This document shows, one piece after another, positions 13,315 to 23,990 of a stretch of DNA of 64,000 nt. Origin of the DNA: Microbotryum violaceum (taxonomy: Eukaryota); NCBI GenBank assembly GCA_001244265.2, contig CDLV01000006.1, positions 2,108,001 through 2,172,000 of the forward strand. Direction: 5' to 3'. Position 1 is the first letter of the stretch. Each line of letters opens with the position of its first letter. The notes below the pieces were generated by a model. That model was not told where the DNA came from. It searched no databases and saw only the letters and a program-made list of their open reading frames with translations. The position numbers were made by a program, and so were the translations under genes.

Positions 13315-15942
13315 TTACAGCGAAGATCGGCGCTGCATCCCGATGGCACAGAAGGAACGGGGTGCCCACAAAAATCTTGGCCCGTATCGCCGCCTTACGC
13401 TGTCGCCAACGGTTCGAGTTTTCGCAAGATAGTCAGTCTCCTTCTTCCTAAATAAGCGATTCTGCCGTTTGCGGAAAGAAGCACCAATCTTGAGATCAGT
13501 CACGCTCAACTTGACTACCGCTTCCTTCAACTTGGTCATTTCCTCCAAGAGAGCCTCGATCATACGTGAGTGAGTAATATGGTAGCGAAGGAGGCCGGGT
13601 CGCTCCTTCATGTCCGGATCCTCGAGCAACCCCTGGCGGGCCAAAGACCGATACCCAGAGAATCTCACATGAGTAGCCGCTTAAATAATCTCCACATAGT
13701 CTACAAACCCACTCACTTGAGCAATTTGCACAACATGTGGCGTTGCGGGAATACCCAAGGCCGCGAGGATGACGGCGGGGTCGTCCTCGCGCTGCCTAAA
13801 CGAGCCAGTCGCCCTTCCCTGTGGGATAAACTCAACCCATGTCAATGCAGGGTTCAAGACCGCAGTCAAAGAGGGGCCCCTGAGGTGTTAGCTGACCTGT
13901 CGGGGGGAGCTGACGCTCGGTCGCGGGGTCAAGGGTTGATGGGCGCCTTTGATCTGGATAAGACGCCGAAGTGACGTCAGTCGGTGCTGCATGCGACGGT
14001 AGAATGGGACACCTGGGTCACGCTCACCGGGGAATCATCGTCACTGAGGTCTTCAAGGTGTACATCGAGATCGCTGATCCGGGCGGCTTTTTTCCCCCTT
14101 CCCGACGGCTGGTGTGAGTCAGGCCGGTCGACCGCGGGCGACGATGACCGATCAGTCCAAGTCGTCAGCGAGGTCAGCCACCGCCGCTTTTGGTATCAGG
14201 CGGTATAGCAACGTATCAGGGGGAGATTGTCTTCCGAGCGGTCCGACAGGTCGTCCGGTGTGTCATTTACCTGTCTGTTTGAAGAGACCTGTGAGGTGTG
14301 CTGTGGTCGGGAAGGTGGAGGTGCACATGTAAGATATCCATCGGTCAGCTCTTTAGGAAAATTGCCTCGCACAACCGCAGTGGCCTCACCTTCTTCAAAG
14401 GTTGCTGCAAGTGGTCGCTCTCCGTCTCGGGGCCTCCTGAATCTGATCCCAACTGCATACCGCGCGTCGCGTCGTTAGTGCGGGTATAGGAATGTCGTTT
14501 TGGTTATACGTTCGATACTCACGGGAGATTTGTCCTCTTCGCCTTCATTGTCGCTGGTGGTGAGGGCATCGAGGCGGTGACCTGCCTCGTGCAGGTCACC
14601 GTCGCTGCTGTGGGGGCTTGGCTGGCGGACGACCCATCTCGCTGGGCAGCGGCTCGCCCTCGACTGGCCCATCATCCGCCACTCCAGTGGGTGACGTAAC
14701 CTTGTTTGCAGTTTTGTCAACAGACGATGTGTCCGTCAAGTTTCGTGGTCAACTGGGGAAGTCACCGAGAAGCCTCTGGAACTGCCGGGCTTGGGATATT
14801 TTAGGCCGCCCTGGATCGAAGGCCGCCGTGTAGGCCAGGAGCTCGTTCTCGACAATGTTGATAACCGCAGGACCACAGGATGAGGAGTCGAGTTGCTGTG
14901 GGGTCGAAGGCATGATCGGCTTGTTGGCGTCGAGCTTCAGGCCGAGCAATCGGAAGAGGTCGCCGAGCGCCGCCAAAACCCTTTCGTCGAGCGTTCGCGA
15001 GGCCATCGAATTATAGAGTTCCCATTTGTTGTTGGCGATGTCCAAGCGAGCGAGGAACCAGTGGGAACCATCACAGATCGGAAGAAACCAGATTGCCTCG
15101 GGATGCTTGATGATGTGTCGACGGATTGCCCGAGGGTCGCGCACGGCCATCCCGAGATCCGCACCAGCCAAGCCTCGAAGCAATACTTGTCCAGGGTCGT
15201 TCCCGTAGCGGATGGATGGATTGCAATTGTCAAACAATCCGACGGAATGAGTTCGTATCGTCTCGAAGGCAGCTCTGGGTTTGAGCGGGCAAGCTGGATG
15301 ATGTCCGCGATGGCGTAGTTGACGACAAATTCCCCCAATCAGTCGTCACCTGACGCGACCAACGGCAGGCAGGGGTAGGAGGGCCACTTGGATCAGTCAC
15401 GGAGCAACTCTACTAGAAGTTGGGGGTAATACCAATTGAGACGTACTGAGGAAGCTCACAAGTGACTCGAGCGACGGGCCTTCTTCCGGGGCGTTGCGGG
15501 CGTCCCAGACCGCCGTCCAAAGGGCGTCGGTCAGTACCTCCCTCGCATTCCCTTTAAGCTTGTCCAACCAGGCCAAGGATCGACGGAAGTGTGCCTGGAT
15601 GCGTTCCACGACGTCGAGCTCGGCCCACACGCGCTCGTAGTCGAGTGCGAGACGATCGTCGCCAACGGCCAAGGAACGGTAGCCGTCAGCGACCGCGCCG
15701 TGGAGGAGGTTGAGTTGTCGGAACTCGCGCCTGCTGGAGACTGTGGGTCTAGGTGGAGGAGCCATTTTGCCGAGCATGACAGGGTCGTCCTTTGTGATAA
15801 CGATTCGCAGCGAGGCGTCCGCTGCTGGCAGCTCGATCGCCAGCACTTCGGCAACAGTCTTGTTGGCGGCGAGGCACCATGTCGAGCGAGCCGACTGGTC
15901 CTGCTCCGAATCGGACGAGGGATCGAAGAAAAAATGCTCCAT
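13315..15942 (-). pseudogene. Degenerate transposon-associated gene containing a Ulp1/SENP-like (peptidase C48) SUMO-protease domain
   Basis: DD*LGEFVVNY (W-L-x-x-x-V-I-N-like motif, interrupted by a stop), FLPICDGSHWFLARLD....WELYNSM and PQQLDSSSCGPAV give the His/(Asp>Asn)/Gln/Cys arrangement of C48. A frameshift lies near 15237. Confidence 0.75.
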
Positions 15943-15989
15943 GGTAGAGTGGCGATGCAACGGCAAAAGTGAGGGCAAGGGGCACACTG

Positions 15990-17424
15990 GACGAATGCGC
16001 TCGAACATGCGGAGTCCAGCGCGGCACAGACTCACCGCGTACATGGGATTCCAGCGCTTGGACTCCGTTGCGGCCAGATTGTCGAGGAACATTCGAAGCG
16101 GCGTGACAAGCAGCAATTTCCCGCGCGCCAGAGTGCGATTGATCGAAAAGAGAGGCAGGGGGCGCTCAATGTCGACTGCGTCGGAGCTACGGATGTCTAG
16201 GGAATAGAGCGACCGCTGTGGTTACGAAGCAAGTCGCGCTACAGATGCGACCTGGCAGGAATACTCACTTATCCGTGCCGGAGACCCCTTTGGCCCAATG
16301 TCGTGAACTGGTTGACCGAGAGCCGAGACAGGAACCAGGCACCAGCTCGCTGGATTGAAATGGGGCTATGGCTCGATGCCGCGGCCGGCGGCCGGTACGA
16401 CGACGTCGATTCGAGAACCCTGGGCGACGGTGGCCGAACAAACGATAGCGTGGACCTCGCCTTTAAAAGACACAAAACATTCGACGAACCCGTATTGAGT
16501 ACTCCCTTTCAGCGTGACGATCTCATCGACAAAGTAGTCAGCGAAGGAGTAGACTCCACGGACCCGGGTCATGGGGGCGGAGAAGCGAGGGGGAAGGTCA
16601 CTGAGCCAGCGACGACTGTGGTGTGCCGAGTCGACGTGTGCGGGTTGAAGAATAGGGTAGTGCTCCATCGCTCGTGCGGTGGACGGCCTTGCAAAGTGCT
16701 GGGCGGGTGGGTGTGCTCCGCGTGTCTAGCGTCAGCGCGCCAGGTTGGACACGTTCGAGAGGCGACTCGAACTCACTGAAGCGATGTAGTCCCGAGGCGA
16801 CACGACGTATACCGACCGGTCCTTGTCCTTTTTCATCTCGATGGCCCTGAACAGCGGGACCTCCTTTTCCAACTTGTCAAGAAAGGTTCTGACAGTGGAC
16901 GCGGCCGGAAGCCCAGTGGTGCCGGTGGCCGCCGCAAAGTCGAGCAAGTCCTCCAGCTCTTGCACACCGACTCGACGTTTGAGAGACCGCACAAAGAGAA
17001 CAATAATCATCATCTGCGTCAAGCCGTCGCTCAGCCCGGTGTCCCCGACAGCTCGTAGTAGTCAGAACGTACCAACAGGTCGGGGAACGGATAAAAGGGA
17101 TGGTCGGGAGGAGGCACCGTCGACGAGTTGCGAGCACCTCGTCGATACCGTGGTGGAGACCGGGTCTCCACTGTGAGATACGAGTCGGATTTTGATCAAT
17201 ACCGGTGCTCGAGAGGGATAAGTCAGCGACTGCTCACCTCGACTCGGTTCGAAGGCGTCGCCGGGAAGCTCGTCCGAACCGGGCTGGACGTTGGCGAGAC
17301 CGGCGTCTCCGTCGAAGGGGTTGGAATTAACGAGTTCGATCTCGCTGCATTCATGCTTATCGTCGGAGTCTTCTTCGGAGGCCGCGTAAGCTTCGGTATC
17401 GAACGACTGCGATGCGTTGGGCAC
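15990..17424 (-). mobile_element. Truncated CACTA/EnSpm(CMC)-like transposase N-terminal region
   Basis: HSRRWLSDLPPRFSAPM...DYFVDE and PLRMFLDNLAATESKRWN...RAGL resemble the basidiomycete transposon family with the L(Y/F)xDDxSGNxSKKWN...aGLP motif. Recognised by eye, not searched. Confidence 0.5.
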
Positions 17425-18648
17425 TCAGCCCTCAGCACTCAGGAGGGATCAGCGCCATTCCAATTACGTCACGGGCGTACCGGTGTCTGATACGTATCCT
17501 GCTCCCACACACCCTGCTCGCACCCTAGCTCCGTACTGTCCACCCCTTGCTCGTCTGTTGAATCCAGGAAGGTATATTTGGCCAACGCGGGGGCGGAGAC
17601 GGCCCCGCGTCCCTGGCCCACGCCGGATACGTTCGCTTGGTGTTTCCCTGAAGCGGCATGCTTGATTGCACCGCTTCTCCTCAGACGCCCGAGCCACAGT
17701 ATTTGCACACGAATCCGATGGCTGATCGAACGGAAGAAGTTTGGATGACGAAGTCTGCGTGGGTTTGGCCAAGCGCAGCCCGCCCGACACGAGTCAGCTG
17801 TGCTGCGGCCCCGCGTTTGCGTATGGTGGATCAAGGGTTCGTTCAGGCGCTGACCTTTCTCGAGGATGGCGCCTGGGTCCATGATTAAGGGCGCGCCGTC
17901 CGGAATGTGGGGCACTGAGGACGAACACGACGCACGGCGGAAAGGCGGAAGGGGGACCAGGTGTGGGCGTCTCGCCGAACTGAGCCGGGGCGAGGTGTTT
18001 GGCAGTGCCTGGAGGTGCCTGGCGGAGCGGAACTTTCGGCCAAGCGGCCATTCGTCGGAGTCAGCCTGTGACCATCTTCACCGAGAGGCACCCAGGGGCC
18101 ACGAATTTCGGCTTCGGACGTGCTGTGCATCCAAGATCTCTCATCGCCGAGAGTCCCCGACCACCTGGGACCAATGAGACTATCGGGTGTACCGTTTCAG
18201 GATGATCTTGTATTTGGCGGCCGCCACAAGGAATCTATGCCGGGCCTACGTTGGTGACCGCAAAGGCTCTGCAGCGTATCCACCTGGCTTCCATGAAATT
18301 CATCTTTATCAAACCTATACGGTTCGCCATAGCGTGACTATGAGATGTCCACCTCGAGGCCATACGGTATGCCCATACAGCGCAAATGCGGGAAGCTACA
18401 TGGAACCTGCGCGAGATTCCAATGGGGCCCGTCTAAGTCCAAACCCGGTGGCCATGTGGGTGAGCGCGCTGGATCTCGATGGAGTCGGCGCGGAGCTCCC
18501 ATGGACACGCGCGAGTCGATTCCATGCCGGTCTGCAGGCTGAGCCCCACGCAAATCCCAGGCGGAGGCCAGGAGCCGGGCCCGCCCATGCAGAGCCCATC
18601 AGTTTCGCGCGGCGATGTGTAAGAAGTGGGTTACGGAGGCGCCATCTG

Positions 18649-18748
18649 ACCGCAGTTGCAACCGCAGTCGCAACCGCGCTAACCGCAGTTGTAGTAGATC
18701 AAGTGATTGCGGTTACACTTTTGTGACCGCGGTTGCAACCGCACCGTG
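18649..18748 (-). repeat. Subterminal ACCGCA/TGCGGT repeats ending in a CAC terminus (probable CACTA-like element end)
   Basis: Several copies of (A)ACCGC(A) in both orientations. The minus strand begins CACGGTGCGGTTGCAACCGC at 18748, upstream of the transposase-like gene. Confidence 0.5.
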
Positions 18749-18782
18749 ATTTGGCCGACTTGAAAAAGGAAACTCCTATTGG

Positions 18783-20201
18783 ATGGACAACAACAACAAC
18801 ACCAACAACGCCAGCCATGCTGCTATACCACCTCTTCGCCCTGACCCTCCCGATCCTCCCGGCCAAGCCCCCGCCACCACCACCAAATCATACTCCGCCG
18901 CGGTCGGCGCCCGCTCCGCTGCGAAGCACGGAAACGCCACCGCCAACGCCTCGACTGCCGTCGCCGCCCATCCACTGATGCACAACATCGAGAATTGTGT
19001 CATCATCAACACCCCACCCTCAGCCTCGGTCGAGCAAGTCCTCCTCGCGCTTGACAAATACTACCCTGGCCTTACCGGCGCAATGCCATGCGTCATCAAG
19101 GGTCAGCGCGGCCTCCGCTTTCCCAAGGCCGCCGATCTCGACACCCTGGTGGCCAACGGCCTCACTGTTGGCAAGACTCTGTACAAAGTCGAGAAGCTGT
19201 ACAGCTCTACTAGAGGAGGTGTTGTACAATGCACCCTTACGGGCTTTTTCTCCGACCCCGAGGGCCTCTGCCTATTCGATGAGCAGATCGCTGCCTATGG
19301 CACGGTCCTCCGTCGTCGCATCCAATACATTGGAAAGACGAAACACATCTCTGGGGTGTACGACTTTATCCTTGCCCTTAAGGATGTAGATGTTTTGCCC
19401 CCTGCCTCACTTTCTATTGCTCGTGACGGTGTCACTGAGCGAATCCCACTGAGGATCACCGGTGGCATGCGCCACTGCGTCTTCTGCCGTTCCGCGGCTC
19501 ACGTCCGTAAGGATTGCCCCGTCGCCCCGGCGTGCAAATCCTGCGCGAGCACCTCGCACGCCACCCAGCACTGCCCGGCCCGTCATGTGTCGAGCCTCCA
19601 GGGACCCCCACGTCACGTGCCCCGCAAGCCTCCACCGTTACCACCGCCGCCCCCGCCGCCGTGTCCAAGTCGATCTCCCCGGCCTCCGCCCACGACCGCA
19701 CGACCAAAAAACATCGAGTGGAACAGGATCTGGCTGCCCAGACTGAAGATCTGTCCAACAGAGCTCAACCCGATTCTCTGTCGAAGAATGCCCGCCCGAG
19801 TTCTCCTTCAATGTCCCTTGCAAAACTGCCACTCCTCCTGCCCCCAGCCTGCCTCCAATCAGGGAATTGCCTACTCCCTCGTTGAAAAATCCTCCGAGTC
19901 CCCCAGCTCAGAGACCACCTCTCCATCCCCAAGCCCTCCTCTGGCCACGCCAAAGTCGATCATAACTCGATCCAAGTCGATTGCCGCCCTCTCCAAGCCA
20001 GCCACTCGTGAAGCCCCTCCCACTGCGCCTGCCCTCGAAGCCTCCGAGCCGAGCCCCGAGCCGTCTTCGCCCACGCTGTTGCCCTCAGCCGCGCCCAAAG
20101 CCCGACCCGATGACGCCGACACCGACGACGAGGCCGAAGACCAAGAAGCACCTCCTAAGGACGTGGAAGACGCTATGGACCAAGATGATGAGCACAACTA
20201 A
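18783..20201 (+). CDS. LINE ORF1 (Gag-like nucleic-acid-binding protein)
   Basis: Zinc knuckles CVFCRSAAHVRKDC and CKSCASTSHATQHC. The ~19610-19880 segment matches copy 2 in another frame (compensating indels). The stop overlaps the ORF2 start. Confidence 0.85.
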   Translation: MDNNNNTNNASHAAIPPLRPDPPDPPGQAPATTTKSYSAAVGARSAAKHGNATANASTAVAAHPLMHNIENCVIINTPPSASVEQVLLALDKYYPGLTGAMPCVIKGQRGLRFPKAADLDTLVANGLTVGKTLYKVEKLYSSTRGGVVQCTLTGFFSDPEGLCLFDEQIAAYGTVLRRRIQYIGKTKHISGVYDFILALKDVDVLPPASLSIARDGVTERIPLRITGGMRHCVFCRSAAHVRKDCPVAPACKSCASTSHATQHCPARHVSSLQGPPRHVPRKPPPLPPPPPPPCPSRSPRPPPTTARPKNIEWNRIWLPRLKICPTELNPILCRRMPARVLLQCPLQNCHSSCPQPASNQGIAYSLVEKSSESPSSETTSPSPSPPLATPKSIITRSKSIAALSKPATREAPPTAPALEASEPSPEPSSPTLLPSAAPKARPDDADTDDEAEDQEAPPKDVEDAMDQDDEHN

Positions 20202-23200
20202 AATCCCAAACGTGTCTTTTGTTGCTGCCAACGTGCAGTCAATCAATGAAGACCGTAAGCGTGCCTCTCTTTTCTCCAATCTCCGCTCCCATAACGCCGA
20301 CGTCTTTCTCCTGAGCGAAACTGGCCGACCTTCCCCGAAAGGGTGGCCCAGTGGACTCAGGAGTGCCAAGACTTAAAGCTCTCCGCTCTTTTCACTCCTC
20401 TCAACAACACTGCCATACTCTGGAAGAGCGACTCTATGGTCATCACTATTGATCCCGAGTCACCTCCAAACACTCTTTGTGCCTCTTTCTCTTTCCCGGA
20501 CCGAGTCACCGACGCCACCTTTCGTGTGGGAGACTCAAAAATCCGGGTTGTATCAATATACGCGCCTTCCTCCGACAAGCCAGACAAAAAGCGTTTCCTC
20601 TCAGATCTCAGCACCGCCCTCCGACAAGTCGTGCGCGACGACCCCTCGCCGCCTGTGCTCCTAGTCGGGGGGGACTGGAATTGTGTTGAGTCCCAACCCT
20701 CGATTGGAGAACCAAAACGGGACGAATTATGGGGGCCAGGAGATGCGCGACCTTGCCACGGCCAACAACCTCTTTGACGCCTATCGGCTCCATCATCCCA
20801 AAGGACGAGCCACGACGAATCGCTCAGCGCCCGGCACGTGCCGTCGCCTTGACCGCATCTATGTCTCGCCTGATTGGGTCGACCTCTTCCATGATCACAA
20901 AATTTGGGCTCCTGTCCTCAAATCGACGCACTCAATGGTTGCGGCACGGTTCCAAGTGCCGGGCGCAATCGACATCGGTCCGGGCAAATTCAAGCTGGGT
21001 TTGCACGTGATCGAGGGCAACGCGACCTGCGAGTACCTCACCTCCATTGTCCGCACCCTCTACAACAAAGCCCTCCTCCAGACGCCCAACGATCCATCAG
21101 CAGCTTGGACGTCCACCAAACAACACTTGCTGCCCGAGCTGCAGGCTCTGGCCCGGACTTTCGCTCGGTTCCGTCGTGGCGGGTCGGAGCAAGAGAGGGC
21201 TGACCACTCGCGCTACGGCGCGGCCCTGCGGTCCCGCCTCGACCCATCTCTGGCGGGTCCCTCTTCCATCTTTGTCCGCCTGCGCAAAGTGCGAGCATCC
21301 GACCTGATCCCTTCGCTCACGGTCAACGATGTTGTTCATTCCAACCCTGATTCGATGCTCGGAGCGGCCAGCGACTACTTCGAGCGGGTCTATGAGGACC
21401 GCCCCATCGATGACGCGGCCCTGAAGGCAATCATCGACGGCCTCGCTTCAACTCGCCTCTCCCCGCGCGACTCACTCAAGCTCGAGGAAGCGTACCCGTT
21501 GGAGGAGATGACAAAGGCTCAAGAGGCGTTCCTCTGCGCCGTTGGCCTCGGCCCCGGAGCCCGCCAATGGTACCGAGCGACCTACACCAACCAATCTGCC
21601 TCGATCCTCCTCAACGGTTGGCTCTCTGCCACTTTCGACATCCTGTCGGGCGTTCGGCAAGGTTATCCTTTGGCTCCGTCTCTCTTCGTCCTGGCGATCG
21701 AAGGTTTTGCCTGTCAGATTCGATTGAGAGTCAAGGGCATCGATATTGCGGGCCTCCAAAACGTTCGCGAACTCCTTTTTGCCGACGACGCTTGCTGCGC
21801 ACTCCACAACCTCTCGGACCTCGACTACCTCAATCGGGCGATCGAGCTTTACGAACGGGCAAGTGCCAGCAAGCTCAGCAACGTCACATCTTTCCTCTAC
21901 CCCCTTGGAGCTTTTTGGGATCGGTCGATCGCCCCAGATCTCGGGACCTGGTGTCTCAGCGATTCGCAGTTTCGCTACCTTGGTATTTAGGTCGGGGTGG
22001 AGATCGCCGAGGATGCGGGCTGGGAAGATGTCAAGGCCTCGACCATCGCTCGGATACGCTCGATTCCGATGTACGATCTCCCATATGCAGCCAAGTGTTC
22101 GATCATCAACATCTAATGCTACACAAAGATCTTGTACTACAGCCGATTCCTTCCCGCCCCCAAGAGCGTTGTCAAGGAGATCGAGGAGGCCGCCATGCTC
22201 GCCATTCACGGTCGAGCTTCGGATGGTACTCAGCGACGTCCGAAGGTCTCCCGGTCGCGCCTCTGCACCCCTCTTGATCACGGCGGCTTCGGTTTGATTG
22301 ATCTGCCTCGGCGTCTAGCAATCGATCACGCGAAGTGGGTCTTCCAGCTCCGGGCCCCGGACGGCTGCTTCACACGCCACCTCTTTGACATCCGCATCCG
22401 CCTCCAGGCACCAAACAAACCAACCCCTTTCACCTTGTCCAGACCGGCCCCCAACCAGCATTGTTGCCCTTGGATTTGGATCTGGTGGGCTTACTTTTGC
22501 CATCCTCCCCAAAGTGGGACCATGCGGTGAGAAAAACGACAAAACTTCTTCCTGCTCGTTGGGTCCGATACTTTGAAGCCTGGGCATTGGTGACCACGCT
22601 CAATCCCCCGGAACTCTCCAAGAGCCAGAACCTCGAGCAATGGGCGACGCACGTACTCTATTTCCCAGCGGGCCACGGAATCCAACTCTCGGTAATCCCG
22701 ACGCTTTTTCGAGGGCCCGATGGCGAGGTGATGACCCCGTCTTCGTTTGTGAACGCGTCCAAACGCCACCAAGTCTTCATCTTCCCCCCTATCTTCCCCA
22801 AGGGACACCAGAAGGTATTCGATCTGCCTGAGCAACGCTGGAACGCTTGGTGGAAGGCTTTGCGCAAGGTTCGCCGGGTTCACTCGGACGCCGAGGATAC
22901 CGGCCACCTTCTCTCCCTGGGGTCCCTCCATCCGGGAAGCCAAGTCGTTTCCCCAACCAGCCCACATCCCAACAATCGATCTACCTCCTGTGTGATGTGC
23001 CTCTCGGAAGCACCCGAGTGCCTGGTTCACCTCGCGGTCGGCTGCCCATTTGCCCGGCGCCTCTGGTCTGCTCTGTCCCCGACCTCCCACCCAGTCTTTG
23101 TGGACTTTGTATGCCCGGTCGTGTCTCGCTCGGAACGTCGACTTGTAGAACTACGAGTCCTCTTCTTTCACTCGATCTGGAAGCTCTGTCGCCGTCGTCG

Positions 23201-23297
23201 ATTCTCGTCGGATCTTTTGGAACCGATCACCGAAACGGAGTTCGAGGGGCTTCGAGCCTCTATCCAGGAGTCCAAGGGTCGCCTAGTGTCTCTGTAA
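20188..23297 (+). pseudogene. LINE ORF2 (AP endonuclease, partial reverse transcriptase, zinc finger), disrupted
   Basis: NVQSIN, DVFLLSET, SIYAP, GGDWNC, RLDRIY, STH; GVRQG.PLAPSLF, FADD, FRYLG; CVMC...ECLVHLAVGC. Frameshifts and stops; the SPGPDG..DFEKAYD block is absent. Confidence 0.9.
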
Positions 23298-23477
23298 GAC
23301 ACCCAAGGGGTTTTTTTTTAGTGGGTATGGTTGATCCTGGTTCAGGGTCAATGAGTCCTACACTACTGGCTTCTGCCAGTGTGTGTAACAGCATTCCCTC
23401 CGACTTTTCCGAAGATTTCTAGGTATTAATATAATTATAATGTTAATGAAGTCTATCAAAAAAAAAGGGTGACTTGC

Positions 23478-23990
23478 GGGGTGACTTTTCAATCAAAGCG
23501 CATGCAATTGCTCGAGTACCTAGAATGTCTACCACGTGAAAATGGATGAGTGGGTTCGATCACTATATCTCTTACCCTCGGACCGGGTTGAATAGCAAAG
23601 ATGGCATGTGCGTGCAAGCCCTTCTTCCGAACAAGATGGCTCGGCGGTTTCCTTTACCAGTGCCGGGTGACTGTCCAATCAAAGCGCACGCAATTGCTCG
23701 AGTACCTAGAATGCCTTCCACATGAAAATGGGTGAGGGGGTTTGAGGAATATAGAGAATGTATTTCCTACCTTTGGACAGGGTTGAATAGCAAAGTTGGC
23801 ATGTGCGTGCAAGCCCTTCTTCCGAACAAGATGGCTCGGCGGTTTCCCTTACCAGTGCCGAAGGTCATTTCAGTCAAAACGCATGCAACTGCTCGAGTAC
23901 CTAGAAGGTCTGCCCCGTGAAGATGGGTGAGTGGGTTCGATCACTACAGAGAATGTATCTTCTTCCAAACAAGACGGCTGGGCGGTTCAC
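23478..23990. repeat. Imperfect tandem repeat, ~190-bp unit, about 2.7 copies
   Basis: CAATCAAAGCGCA(T/C)GCAATTGCTCGAGTACCTAGAA...AACAAGATGGCTCGGCGGTT recurs at ~23490, ~23677 and, diverged, ~23871. Confidence 0.85.

Larger units (their letters stand above)
18770..23466 (+). mobile_element. L1/Tx1-like non-LTR retrotransposon, copy 1 (both ends present; 459-nt in-frame deletion in RT)
   Basis: ORF1 with two CCHC knuckles, ORF2 with APE, RT remnant and C-terminal CCHC. Poly(A) at 23458-23466. Candidate TSD AAAAAGG at 18763-18769 and 23462-23468. Confidence 0.95.

Noticed and set aside
13315-23297. RIP-like hypermutation of the repeats
   Set aside because: A few C-to-T and G-to-A changes create stops, but the elements stay GC-rich and there are too few sites to establish a context bias by eye.
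23298-23430. Self-cleaving ribozyme (twister, hammerhead or HDV) in the LINE UTRs
   Set aside because: Hairpins are present, but I could not place the conserved catalytic-core nucleotides of any class.
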